From the NCBI GenBank assembly GCA_041562555.1, contig JBFEXS010000018.1, forward strand, positions 1 to 27,511: 27,511 nucleotides of DNA. The letters run 5' to 3'. The translations under genes and the position numbers were made by a program. Below are positions 1 to 9,691 of this stretch, piece by piece. The notes below the pieces were generated by a model, which saw nothing but the letters and a program-made list of their open reading frames with translations, was not told the origin of the DNA and did not search any database. Source of the stretch: Sulfurimonadaceae bacterium (GTDB lineage: Bacteria > Campylobacterota > Campylobacteria > Campylobacterales > Sulfurimonadaceae). How positions within the stretch are numbered: position 1 is the first letter of the stretch; every line of letters starts with the position of its first letter.

Positions 1-105
1 CTACGGAAATGAAGACCTCCTCCAGTGAGTATAGAATTAATGTGATAATATTAATATATTAAAGCGCTATACTTTAGTATATCATTTGCATGAAAAGGTT
101 GAACT

Positions 106-855
106 ATGAGCAAAGCGAAGATTCTAATCGTAGAAGATGATGAAGTCACTGCAATGCACCTGAAAATGGCCCTTAAAAAACTTGACTACGATATCGTCTC
201 TATCGCAGAGAACACGATCCAGGCACGTAACAAGATCAAAATCTATGAGCCCGATGTTGTTTTACTCGACATCTCACTGCAAGAAGACACCGATGGCATC
301 GAGCTGGCAACCTATATCAAGCGCAAACACAGTATACCCTTTATCTATCTGACTTCCCATTCCGAATCAGAGGTCCTGGACGAAGCCAAAGTCACCGAAC
401 CTTATGGCTATATTGTCAAACCCTTTGATCCTAAAAGCCTGCATTCAACCATCCAGATGGCTTTGTATAAATTTGAGGAAGAACGCAAGCTTAAAGAAGA
501 TATCAATACCTTGCAGATGGATAAATCCCATCTTGAAAAACTTCTGTATACAAAAAAGGTGTCTGACAAGCCATTGGTCCCTTTTGCCGAAGACTATCAT
601 TTAGACATCAGTACCTGTGAGACCTTTTATAAGGGTCAAAAGATCAAATTGACCAAAAAGGAGAATGCCTTTATACGGATTCTTGTCGCTCAACTTGGCC
701 TTGTGGTCAGTTTTGAACAGGCCATGAGTTATGTCTGGGAAGATGAAGGAGCTACTGAGAACAGCGTACGTACACTCGTATGGAGACTACGGAACAAACT
801 TCCCACAGACATCATCCAGAATGCTTCCGGTATGGGATACTATATCGAACACTAG
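106..855 (+). CDS. Two-component response regulator (REC + C-terminal OmpR/PhoB-type winged-helix DNA-binding domain)
   Basis: N-terminal KILIVEDD, phospho-acceptor VLLDISL, YLTS and YIVKPF; C-terminal IKLTKKE...VW...SVRTLVWRLRNKL...GMGY is a Trans_reg_C pattern. AAAGG SD upstream. Confidence 0.93.
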   Translation: MSKAKILIVEDDEVTAMHLKMALKKLDYDIVSIAENTIQARNKIKIYEPDVVLLDISLQEDTDGIELATYIKRKHSIPFIYLTSHSESEVLDEAKVTEPYGYIVKPFDPKSLHSTIQMALYKFEEERKLKEDINTLQMDKSHLEKLLYTKKVSDKPLVPFAEDYHLDISTCETFYKGQKIKLTKKENAFIRILVAQLGLVVSFEQAMSYVWEDEGATENSVRTLVWRLRNKLPTDIIQNASGMGYYIEH

Positions 856-860
856 TATCC

Positions 861-3509
861 TCACAGGATCAATTCGGCCATCACCTCTTCCATCTCATCC
901 AGGGCAGCGTTGAAATTGAAGCTGCTATCCTCTTTTCGTGCACTTGTTTCCATCTCCTTGGCAAGCTTTTCAAGCCTCTCAAGCCTGAAATTTGCCGCTG
1001 ATCCCTTAATGGAGTGTGCTTCCAAAGAGATCTTGGAATAGTCCTCTTTTTCAATAGCATGAGAAAGTACAGGAAAAGATTTCTTCATCTTCTTGACAAA
1101 GGTATCCAACAAAAGCAAGATCTCGTCATCCTCAAGTAGAAGCTCTTTTTTCAGAGCGTGTATATCCACTCCCTGATAACTCACCTCTTCACGGGGAAGT
1201 GCTTTGAGCAGACTGTCTTCTTCTACGAGGTAACGTTGCAAAATCTCCTCAAATTCCCGTATCACCAGAGGTTTTCCTAAAAAGGCATCACACCCGAAAG
1301 AGAGCGCACGCTCTTCAGCCCCCTCAATCACATTGGCACTCAAACCGATGATAGGCGTGTGCGTTTTATTTTTTGCTTTCTCATATTCTAAAATCTCACG
1401 TGTCGCCTCCAGACCATCTTTACGTGGCATTTGTTCATCCATGAAGATGAGATCAAACGAGGCCAGTTTAAAGGTCTGAACTACTTCAAGTCCGTCAGAA
1501 GCGATATAATAACTAAGCCCGTAACGCTCCAGAATGATCTTGATCAATTCCTGATTGGCGATATTGTCCTCTGCAACGAGAACATGCCCTTTAAAGCGAC
1601 GCTGTTTCTTTTTTTTGACATACCTCGCATCATCTTGAGGAGTCATTTGCAGGGCCTCCACAAAGGCATGATACATCTTCTCGCAATAGACAGGGTAGAT
1701 AAGCGGTGTGACCTGCTTTGTATCATGATACTTTTTACTCGGCTGGGTCATAAGAGCAATGCTTGGCACTTCAAGCTTCATAATCTCCTCTCGCTGTTGA
1801 TCATTCACATAGGCATCAATGAAAAAGAGCAGATCATATTCATCTTCATCCAGATGCCTGATGCAAAAGGTATTTAACTGAAAACTTTCCCAATACTTGC
1901 GTATATAGTCAAATCGTTCCTCTATCTTCTGACTTTCGCAAAGGACGGCAATACGAAGTTTTTGAAATGGTGTGGGGTCAAAAGGGAAATGGCTTTCATT
2001 CTCAGGTTGCTCAACCGGTATCTCAAACTCGAATCGACTCCCATGCGGAACAACTTCTTTATAACTGAGGCTGCCACCCATATGTTCGGCCAGCTGTTTA
2101 GAGATCGATAGTCCCAGTCCCGTACCTCCCTGTGTCTCTTGTGCTTGTTTAAAGGCATCAAAAATCTTATCTTGCTGATCCTTTCTGATCCCTTCCCCAT
2201 TATCACAGACACAGATTTTCAAATGCCTGTCGCCATAATTCACCAACACTTCTACTTCTCCATCTTCAGGGGTGAATTTAATCGCATTGGATAAAAGGTT
2301 TGAAAAAACTTGCTTGATGCGAAGGGGGTCGGCAATAAGTTCATTAGGCATTTTCGGATCAAGAAACGAGCGTATCAGTATCCGCTTTGAATAGGCACTT
2401 TGCGAAAACAACTCCAGGACATGGGAAAACTCCTCATGAGGGTTGAAATGCTTCTTCTCCACACTAAAGGCCCCGGAACGAAGCTTCGAGAAATCCAAAA
2501 TGTCATTTATAATCCCCAAAAGGTTTTCACCGCTGTTATTGATGATATTCAGATAGTGACTGTGTCTTGGATCATGCTCTTCTTCAAGTAAGATCGAGAC
2601 AAATCCCAAGATGGCATTCAGCGGTGTACGGATCTCGTGACTCATCGAAGAGAGAAAAGACTCTTTAGCCTGACCGGCTTCCAGTGCCTCCTGTCTTGCC
2701 GTCACAAGTGTCGTGACCTCATATCCAATGGCGATGAACTCATTAATCTCCTTTGTCGGGTCAACGATAGGAACGATCGTAATATCCAGATAATAGGATT
2801 CCCCATTTTTTTTTCGGTTTTTAATCGTTCCTTTGAACATCTTGTGCTGTTTAATCGTCTGCCACAGCTGAACGAAAAACTCATCGGACGTATCCGGGTG
2901 GCGAACGATGTTGTGAGAGTTTCCTATCAGTTCCTCGACACTGTAACCGCAGATCCTGCAGAAGTTTTCATTCGCATAGGTAATGATCCCGTTGTCATCC
3001 GTTTTGGAGACGATGGCACTCTCATCAAGTGCCCTCTTGTATTCGTTTAAAAGCTGAACATTACGAGCGATCTCTTGCTCTTTTTGATAGATCGTGTCTG
3101 TATAAAGCTTCAAGACACCCGAAAAGTTCTCGTCAAAGATATAGGAGATCTCATCAAAAAGCTCCTTGGAGTTTATCTTCGCATCATAGGAAAAATCCAC
3201 CATCGATTTTCGAAAATGACTGCAGATGGTAAACAGTTCATTTGCCGAGATATCTCTATCTTTCAAATAGGCCAACAACTCATGCATAACAGGACAGTCC
3301 CCAACCTCCATCTCACCTTTGATCACTCCGACAAAATAGTCAAATACACCCGATGCGTAATAGTTCGCAAACCTGTGCGTATCTATATTGTGAAAGTCCA
3401 AGATAGCCTTAGGTTCGGGATAGTTGATCCATTGCAAAAGGATCTGCTCCTTATGTCCCTGGAAATGTGAGATATGAGCTGTTAAATAGGTAAGTAGATG
3501 TCTTTGCAT
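861..3509 (-). CDS. Cytoplasmic hybrid sensor histidine kinase (helical N-terminal domain, PAS, HisKA, HATPase, degenerate REC, REC, Hpt)
   Basis: PAS: YANENFCRICGYSVEELIG...RHPD...NRKKNG. H-box SHEIRTPLNAILG; N-box NLLSNAIKFT; G-boxes DNGEGI and GGTGLGL; REC VAEDN...FMDEQMP...KP; Hpt AHSIKGSAAN. Start placed at ATG 3509 rather than TTG 3515 because of promoter geometry. Confidence 0.93.
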   Translation of the reverse strand: MQRHLLTYLTAHISHFQGHKEQILLQWINYPEPKAILDFHNIDTHRFANYYASGVFDYFVGVIKGEMEVGDCPVMHELLAYLKDRDISANELFTICSHFRKSMVDFSYDAKINSKELFDEISYIFDENFSGVLKLYTDTIYQKEQEIARNVQLLNEYKRALDESAIVSKTDDNGIITYANENFCRICGYSVEELIGNSHNIVRHPDTSDEFFVQLWQTIKQHKMFKGTIKNRKKNGESYYLDITIVPIVDPTKEINEFIAIGYEVTTLVTARQEALEAGQAKESFLSSMSHEIRTPLNAILGFVSILLEEEHDPRHSHYLNIINNSGENLLGIINDILDFSKLRSGAFSVEKKHFNPHEEFSHVLELFSQSAYSKRILIRSFLDPKMPNELIADPLRIKQVFSNLLSNAIKFTPEDGEVEVLVNYGDRHLKICVCDNGEGIRKDQQDKIFDAFKQAQETQGGTGLGLSISKQLAEHMGGSLSYKEVVPHGSRFEFEIPVEQPENESHFPFDPTPFQKLRIAVLCESQKIEERFDYIRKYWESFQLNTFCIRHLDEDEYDLLFFIDAYVNDQQREEIMKLEVPSIALMTQPSKKYHDTKQVTPLIYPVYCEKMYHAFVEALQMTPQDDARYVKKKKQRRFKGHVLVAEDNIANQELIKIILERYGLSYYIASDGLEVVQTFKLASFDLIFMDEQMPRKDGLEATREILEYEKAKNKTHTPIIGLSANVIEGAEERALSFGCDAFLGKPLVIREFEEILQRYLVEEDSLLKALPREEVSYQGVDIHALKKELLLEDDEILLLLDTFVKKMKKSFPVLSHAIEKEDYSKISLEAHSIKGSAANFRLERLEKLAKEMETSARKEDSSFNFNAALDEMEEVMAELIL

Positions 3510-3514
3510 GATCA

Positions 3515-3523
3515 ACTATAGCA
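3515..3523 (-). promoter_or_regulatory. Putative extended -10 promoter (TGcTATAGT) for the hybrid kinase
   Basis: Minus strand reads TGCTATAGT-tgatc-ATG, with no SD in between. Confidence 0.5.
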
Positions 3524-3595
3524 AAGAATTCATCTTGTTTTGCTTGATTTAATGATCTTTTTGCTATATTTTGTCAGTTTATAATAAGTCATACA

Positions 3596-5539
3596 ATGAA
3601 ACCTAACCTAATATTTCTTTTTCTTGTTTTTTGCACCTTCGCGTATGCAGACAGCAACCTAAAATACACCCTGTCTCACTTTGAGGACACCAGTAAACAA
3701 TTGAATGAAAAAGAGATTGTACATCAGGAGTTCACGCCCGTCGACAAAGGCGTACAGAACCTGGGAATCACAAACACCCCTTCCTGGTTCAAGCTGGAGT
3801 TCTATCCCAGTGCGGAACAAATCAAGCAAGAGTGGTGGCTCAAAATAGACTACCCTCCCCTGGACTACATCGATTATTTTTTGTATGAAGAAGACAGATT
3901 GATCCATGCCCTTTACACAGGAGAGCTCAGAACATTTAAAGACCGAGAGATAGAAGACCCGTCTTTCATCAATCAAATCCCGTTTCGTTCGGATAAGAAA
4001 CACACGCTGTATCTTCGTGTTCAAACCGAAGGTGCCTTGCAGGTTCCTATCTCTTTGTATACGACCAAAGAGTTGATCAGGGCGCAATACCTTCCCCTGA
4101 TCATTGCAGGTATTTATTATGGCCTGTTTATTATCATTGTTTTATACAACAGTGTGATCTATCTCTATACCAAAGATCTAAACTATCTCTATTACCTGAC
4201 CTTCGTCAACGGTTTTGTCTTTTGGCAGCTCTCTTTAGATGGGATAGGTATCGCCTATATCTGGGGAGAGTATCCATGGATCATTGAACATGCATCCGTG
4301 TTCGGCACCTCCTTTGTCGCTTTTTCGGCCATTCTCTTCTCGCGAAAATTCCTACACACAAGCGAGTTTCTACCTAAATTTGATCCCTATCTGAAATATC
4401 TGATGTACTTCTGTTTTGTACTCACTTTGGCTGCCTTTGTAGCACCGTATCATTTTGTGGTCAAGATCGATGGCCTTCTATCCATCTTTGTACCGATCAT
4501 GCTCTTTACGACAGGAATCCTTGTCCTGCGAGACGGATACAAAGCTGCCAAATTTTACACCATCGGATGGTTCGTATTTCTCGTAGGATGTATCCTTTTT
4601 GCTCTAAACAAGTTTAATCTCATCGGTGGATTCTATCTTATGAACCATGCCCAACAGATAGGCTCAGCTGTCGAGATGCTCATGCTTTCATGGGCATTGG
4701 GTGACCGCATCAAGTCCATTCAAGATGAATATCTACAAAAAACCAAAGAGTTAAACACTACTCTCCAGACACGTTTGGAAAAGGCCCTCTTTAAAGAACG
4801 TCACAAAGACAAGATCATGATGCAGCAATCACGTTTTGCTGCCTTAGGAGAGATGATCGAACAGATCGCCCATCAATGGAGACAGCCCCTCAATAATCTG
4901 GCACTCATCCATCAGGACCTCTATTTTAAATTTCAATTGCAAAAGTTCAGCCCCGAGGCATACAACAGTGCCCATGAAAAGATCAATGACAACCTTCAAT
5001 ACATGTCTAAAACCATTGATGATTTCCGAAGTTTTTATAAAGACAAGACAGATGCTGAGACCTATAACGTAAAAGATCTCATAGACTCGGCTATTTCACT
5101 CTCTGAATCCATGCTCAAATATGCAAAGATCGAGATCATCATCAAAAGCGAAGAGCTCTGCTACGTACACAATATCAAGAATGAGCTCTTACAGGTATGT
5201 ATGAATATCATCAAGAATGCCCATGATGCCCTTGTGCTGGAAAAAGAAGAGGATCGGAAGATCATAATTGACATCTACCACAGGGAGGATTACATCTGTA
5301 TTGACATCGAAGACAATGCCGGTGGGATCGAAGAAGACATCATTCATATGATCTTTAATCCATATTTTACCACCAAAGCAGACTCCCATGGGACAGGAAT
5401 CGGCCTCTACATGTCCAAGTCGATCATGCAAGAGCATTTAAACGGCAGTATTTCTGTCAAAAATGCTGCAGAAGGCGCCTGTTTCACCCTTTGCATACCT
5501 CAGGCTGAGGCTACAGAGAAATCTCCTGTCTCTGTGTAG
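3596..5539 (+). CDS. 7TM-DISM membrane sensor histidine kinase (7TMR-DISMED2 + 7TMR-DISM_7TM + HisKA + HATPase)
   Basis: Signal peptide; DISMED2-like NLGIT...WFKL...YPPLDYIDY...LYLRVQT; seven hydrophobic segments from GIYYGLF...LYN to LSWALGDR; H-box IAHQWRQPLN; EDNAGGI, IFNPYFTTK, GTGIGLYMSK. Confidence 0.92.
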   Translation: MKPNLIFLFLVFCTFAYADSNLKYTLSHFEDTSKQLNEKEIVHQEFTPVDKGVQNLGITNTPSWFKLEFYPSAEQIKQEWWLKIDYPPLDYIDYFLYEEDRLIHALYTGELRTFKDREIEDPSFINQIPFRSDKKHTLYLRVQTEGALQVPISLYTTKELIRAQYLPLIIAGIYYGLFIIIVLYNSVIYLYTKDLNYLYYLTFVNGFVFWQLSLDGIGIAYIWGEYPWIIEHASVFGTSFVAFSAILFSRKFLHTSEFLPKFDPYLKYLMYFCFVLTLAAFVAPYHFVVKIDGLLSIFVPIMLFTTGILVLRDGYKAAKFYTIGWFVFLVGCILFALNKFNLIGGFYLMNHAQQIGSAVEMLMLSWALGDRIKSIQDEYLQKTKELNTTLQTRLEKALFKERHKDKIMMQQSRFAALGEMIEQIAHQWRQPLNNLALIHQDLYFKFQLQKFSPEAYNSAHEKINDNLQYMSKTIDDFRSFYKDKTDAETYNVKDLIDSAISLSESMLKYAKIEIIIKSEELCYVHNIKNELLQVCMNIIKNAHDALVLEKEEDRKIIIDIYHREDYICIDIEDNAGGIEEDIIHMIFNPYFTTKADSHGTGIGLYMSKSIMQEHLNGSISVKNAAEGACFTLCIPQAEATEKSPVSV

Positions 5540-5552
5540 CAGACACCTGAAG

Positions 5553-5843
5553 CTATACTTCGTAGTCCACAACCTTAGCCATCTCCGTCACCTCTTTGAT
5601 AAACGTGACGACTTCTAAATGTGCCGGGTGTGTCGCGTACTCCGAAAGTCCGTTTCTATCTTCGAACATTGACGTCAATACAAGATCAAATGAACGATCA
5701 CTCTGTAAAAAATCGATCCCGACTTCCATTGATTTCAGGCTGGGAACCTTCTGTGCCAATCCCTCCAGCATCTCCTTGGTCTTATGAAGATTATCGGTCT
5801 TGTTCTCAGATTTGAACTTAAACATCACAATATGTGTAACCAT
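5553..5843 (-). CDS. Dabb family (stress-responsive A/B barrel) protein
   Basis: MVTHIVMFKFK...FDLVLTSMFED...YATHPAH...VVDY; AAGGA SD. Confidence 0.9.
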   Translation of the reverse strand: MVTHIVMFKFKSENKTDNLHKTKEMLEGLAQKVPSLKSMEVGIDFLQSDRSFDLVLTSMFEDRNGLSEYATHPAHLEVVTFIKEVTEMAKVVDYEV

Positions 5844-5881
5844 ATATTTTTCCTTTGAATGTAATACAATAGTGTGGCTGA

Positions 5882-5890
5882 ATCATATCA
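5882..5890 (-). promoter_or_regulatory. Putative extended -10 promoter (TGaTATGAT) for the Dabb gene
   Basis: TGn-TAnnAT about 40 nt upstream of the ATG. Confidence 0.45.
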
Positions 5891-5966
5891 TTTTACTCTA
5901 AATATCCATTGAGAGTATCCCCGGATCAGTATCTATATACGATGTGATAGATTTTAGATGCAGATA

Positions 5967-5975
5967 TGATATAAT
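5967..5975 (+). promoter_or_regulatory. Putative extended -10 promoter (TGaTATAAT) of the efflux operon
   Basis: Consensus TGn-TATAAT; a second TATAAT at 5980-5985; GAGGAG SD before ATG 6010. Confidence 0.6.
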
Positions 5976-6009
5976 CTATTATAATTAAATTTATAAGAGG
6001 AGATATGAA

Positions 6010-7362
6010 ATGCGATTGCTATTTTTTTCATGTATCTTCATTATACCGCTCTTTGCCCAAGGACTTTCCCTTACAGATGCCATCAGACTCCTAAAAGAGA
6101 ACAATCTGGAGGTAGAAGCAGCTGAATATGCCCTGCAAAGCGCTGAACTCTCCTATGACATGGCGAATGCGCATGATTACGGCCAACTTGATTTTACCCA
6201 GGACATTATGCGCAGCAATGATGCAGGCAATGTCTTCGGCTTCAAACTTGCTTCAAGGGAAGCAGCATTTGAAGACTTTGGACTGGCCCAGTTCAATCCG
6301 GCAAACCCGAACATCCTTCAGGTTCAGCCCGAAGACCTGAATTACCCTGACGATCACAACTTCTTTCAAAGTACCCTGCGTTATGAACTTCCACTTTATA
6401 CCGGCTACAAACTGACGTCCTATCAAGCTATGATGAAACAGATGCGAGAGATCGCCCTTTTAGACAAGGAAGAAAAGATAAACACCAAAATCTTTGAAAC
6501 ACGTAAAGCCTATTTCGACATGGCCCTATTGGTCGCCTCCCTTAACAATCTACATGCTATCTTGGAAAACATCAAAAAACTCGAGACAATGACGCAGGAG
6601 ATGATCACAGAAGGATATGCTAAAAAGATCGATCTTTTGGAAGTACAGTCAAAAAAGACCAATCTTTTGAGAATCATCTCGGAGCTGGACGCCAATAAAG
6701 AGCTTTTGTACCATTATCTCTCTTTTTTACTCAATCAAGAAGTCACCCAGATAGAAATACCCGACAAGGAGCTATCCGAACCAGACATATCCACTGAAGC
6801 GATCTTAGCTCAGAATATCGATATTCAAAAAACGATACATGCCCTCAACATAGCGGAAGAAAAGATCACCCTCGAAAACTCACGTTATCTTCCGGTTATC
6901 GGCGCGGTAGCCCAAGTCCAAACTGCCGATGACAGCTTTTTGGGTGATGTATCCGATCACAGTTCCTATAATGTGGGGATACGTCTGAGATGGAACCTCT
7001 TTAACGGAGGCGGCGACAGTACAGCAATAGAGCAGGCCCGCGTCGAAAGTCTTAAGATGCAGACACAAACGGAATTGGCAAAAAAAGGTATCGCACTGAA
7101 AGTCAAGGAGATTCAGACCAAGATCAAGACTTCCGATGCCAAGATCAGACATCTCAATGTTGAACTTACGCTTGCAAGAGAAATCTATAAAAACTACGAA
7201 AACCGTTATAAGGAGCAGCTTTCGTCAATGAATGATGTCATCATCAAGCAAAGTGACTGGTTGGAGAAGGTCTTAGAACTTTTAAAGGCTGAGAACTCCC
7301 GGAACACCCAGATCTTTGCCCTGGAACGGCTAGGAAACCTTACTCAAGGAGATACACTATGA
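6010..7362 (+). CDS. TolC-family outer membrane efflux protein
   Basis: Signal peptide; LSLTDAI...NNLE; two OEP-like repeats (LRYELPLYTG; RYLPVIG...YNVGIRLRWNLFNGG); first gene before the adaptor and RND genes. Confidence 0.9.
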   Translation: MRLLFFSCIFIIPLFAQGLSLTDAIRLLKENNLEVEAAEYALQSAELSYDMANAHDYGQLDFTQDIMRSNDAGNVFGFKLASREAAFEDFGLAQFNPANPNILQVQPEDLNYPDDHNFFQSTLRYELPLYTGYKLTSYQAMMKQMREIALLDKEEKINTKIFETRKAYFDMALLVASLNNLHAILENIKKLETMTQEMITEGYAKKIDLLEVQSKKTNLLRIISELDANKELLYHYLSFLLNQEVTQIEIPDKELSEPDISTEAILAQNIDIQKTIHALNIAEEKITLENSRYLPVIGAVAQVQTADDSFLGDVSDHSSYNVGIRLRWNLFNGGGDSTAIEQARVESLKMQTQTELAKKGIALKVKEIQTKIKTSDAKIRHLNVELTLAREIYKNYENRYKEQLSSMNDVIIKQSDWLEKVLELLKAENSRNTQIFALERLGNLTQGDTL

Positions 7363-8108
7363 AACAGTTTCTATTTTTTCTATTCTTATATCCCGGTTTA
7401 GCCTTAGCCGAATCCCTGATCCTCTCAGGAACACTCATCTCAGATAACGAAAAAATGATCACTAGCCGGTTTATGGGCTTTGTGACCGAAGTGAACGTCT
7501 CAGAGGGAGAACAGGTCAAAAAAGGTGACCTTCTCTACAGCATCGACTCAAGGGAGATTGACTCAGCTTCGCGTCAGGCCGAGCTTTCCTTGCAGATGTA
7601 TCAGAACCAATATTCCAATGTCAAACTGAACTTGGAGCGCCATAAACGTCTATTGAAAAAGGACATGGTCTCAAAATACGAAGTCGAAAACATTGAACTG
7701 GCGGCTAAGAACCTTGAAGATATGATAGCCATTGCGCAGGCACGCCTGAACGAAGTCAAAAACCAGTATAAATATCTTCGTATCACTGCACCTAATGACG
7801 GTGTAATCGTTGCTAAAAACATCAAAGTCGGTGAGATGGCAATGCCGGGCATGCCTGCGATCATACTTTCAGACCTCAATCAACTCAAAGTCGCTGTCGA
7901 GATAGCAGAAAGTGAACTCAAACGTGTGCAATACGGTAAAAAAGTAAAGGTAAACGTACCATCAATGGATTTGAAGCTCGAAGGCAAGATCAATGCGATT
8001 ATCCCTTCGTCCAACGCGATGACACATAGCTTCAAAATAAAAGTCTCTATCAATACAGCTAAGTACCATCTTTACCCGGGCATGTATGCAACCGTAGAAG
8101 TAGATTAA
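7359..8108 (+). CDS. RND efflux periplasmic adaptor (membrane fusion protein), short form
   Basis: Lipoyl-like VNVSEGEQVKKGDLL, helical hairpin, ITAPNDGVI...VGE, and LYPGMYATV; ATGA overlap with tolC. Confidence 0.92.
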   Translation: MKQFLFFLFLYPGLALAESLILSGTLISDNEKMITSRFMGFVTEVNVSEGEQVKKGDLLYSIDSREIDSASRQAELSLQMYQNQYSNVKLNLERHKRLLKKDMVSKYEVENIELAAKNLEDMIAIAQARLNEVKNQYKYLRITAPNDGVIVAKNIKVGEMAMPGMPAIILSDLNQLKVAVEIAESELKRVQYGKKVKVNVPSMDLKLEGKINAIIPSSNAMTHSFKIKVSINTAKYHLYPGMYATVEVD

Positions 8109-8110
8109 CA

Positions 8111-9691
8111 ATGCAATCATACACACCTAAAGATATCGCCGGCAAACTCTCGCAACTCTTTATGCGAAATCCTTTAACCCCTCTATTGGGCTTGTTTTTA
8201 CTACTGCTGGGATACCTTGCTCTTGCCCTGATGCCCCGTGAAGAGAATCCGCAGATGGTCGTCAGCGGTTCGACTGTCATCATTTCACTTCCCGGTGCAA
8301 CAGCCAAAGAAGTCGAAAAGGTCATCGTCAAGCCGGCTGAGCGTAAACTCAAGGAGATCAAAGGCATAGAGAACATTCATGGTATGGCCATGGATAACTT
8401 TGCTGTACTCAATGCAGCCTTTTATATTGGAGAAGAGAAAGAAGACTCCAACCTCAAGGTCTATGACAAAGTCATGCAAAATATGGATATTCTTCCTAAA
8501 GGAGCTGTTCAGCCGATCATTAAACCCCTTGATATCGATATCGATATCCCTGTTGTCTCTGTTGCTTTTTATTCCCATGACAAGACGATGCAGCCATCGG
8601 AGCTCTATGACAAGGTCAAATTCATCCAACACCATATCAATGGACTTGAAAACGTTGCCGTAACGAATATAAAAGGTGGTCATAAACATCAATATAATAT
8701 CTTGGTCGATCTGCATAAACTCTCAGGATACAATCTCTCTATGGGACAGATCGTCCAAGCCGTAAAAGCACTCTCCTACAATGTTCCCGAAATCAAGAAC
8801 CGTACAAAAACCAATGAGATCGTGATGTTTGGTATCAAGAATGCCATTGATAGTGCGGATGATATCGGAAATATCATCGTAGCTTCCTACATGGGTTCAC
8901 CTATCTATCTCAAACAGATCGCGACCGTGACAAAAGGTCATAATATTCAGGACTTCAAATCTGCAATGATCTCGTCAAAAGATGATAAAGGAGTGTTCTC
9001 GCCGCTTCACGAACAGGTCACATTGACAGTCTCTAAACTTCAAGGTACCAATGCTGTCATCATCGCAGACGCCGTTAAAAAAGAGCTGGAAAAGTACAAG
9101 GCAAAGATGAAAGAATCCGGCATATCCTATGTGATCACACGTAATGACGGAGAACGTGCCAACGAAGCGGTCAATGAACTGGTCTTTCACCTCATCCTCT
9201 CAATCATCATCATCGCGATCTTGCTTATCTTTGTCCTGGGCTGGAGAGAGTCTTTGATCGTCACCTTCTCCGTACCTGCGATCTTGGCCATCACACTTTT
9301 TGTCGCTTTTATCACGGGACAGACGATCAACCGTATTACACTCTTTGCCTTCTTGTTAAGTCTAGGCTTACTCGTCGATGCCGCGATCATCGTGATCGAG
9401 AACATCCACCGTCACTTCCATTCTCACGATGCTGAAGATATGGACCCGGATGCATTGATGACGATGGCCACCGATGAGATCGGACCACCGACGAACATAG
9501 CTACCTTGGCGATCATTCTGACGATGGTGCCTATGGCCTTTGTCGGACAGATGATGGGGCAGTTCATGAAACCTATCCCTGCCAATGTCCCCGTAGCACT
9601 TATCGCATCCCTGTTTGTCGCATATATCTTCACTCCCTATCTTGCGACACGTCTGCTCAGAAAACCTAAGCATGGAAAGGAGCAAAAATAG
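8111..9691 (+). CDS. RND (AcrB/AcrD/AcrF family) permease, N-terminal half
   Basis: TM1 followed by MPREENPQ, LPGATAKEVE, then TINRITLFAFLLSLGLLVDAAIIVIENIHR and GQFMKPIP; ends after the TM6-equivalent segment. Confidence 0.9.
   Translation: MQSYTPKDIAGKLSQLFMRNPLTPLLGLFLLLLGYLALALMPREENPQMVVSGSTVIISLPGATAKEVEKVIVKPAERKLKEIKGIENIHGMAMDNFAVLNAAFYIGEEKEDSNLKVYDKVMQNMDILPKGAVQPIIKPLDIDIDIPVVSVAFYSHDKTMQPSELYDKVKFIQHHINGLENVAVTNIKGGHKHQYNILVDLHKLSGYNLSMGQIVQAVKALSYNVPEIKNRTKTNEIVMFGIKNAIDSADDIGNIIVASYMGSPIYLKQIATVTKGHNIQDFKSAMISSKDDKGVFSPLHEQVTLTVSKLQGTNAVIIADAVKKELEKYKAKMKESGISYVITRNDGERANEAVNELVFHLILSIIIIAILLIFVLGWRESLIVTFSVPAILAITLFVAFITGQTINRITLFAFLLSLGLLVDAAIIVIENIHRHFHSHDAEDMDPDALMTMATDEIGPPTNIATLAIILTMVPMAFVGQMMGQFMKPIPANVPVALIASLFVAYIFTPYLATRLLRKPKHGKEQK

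Noticed and set aside
1..28. Possible 3' end of an upstream plus-strand gene (YGNEDLLQ*)
   Set aside because: Too short to establish frame or identity.
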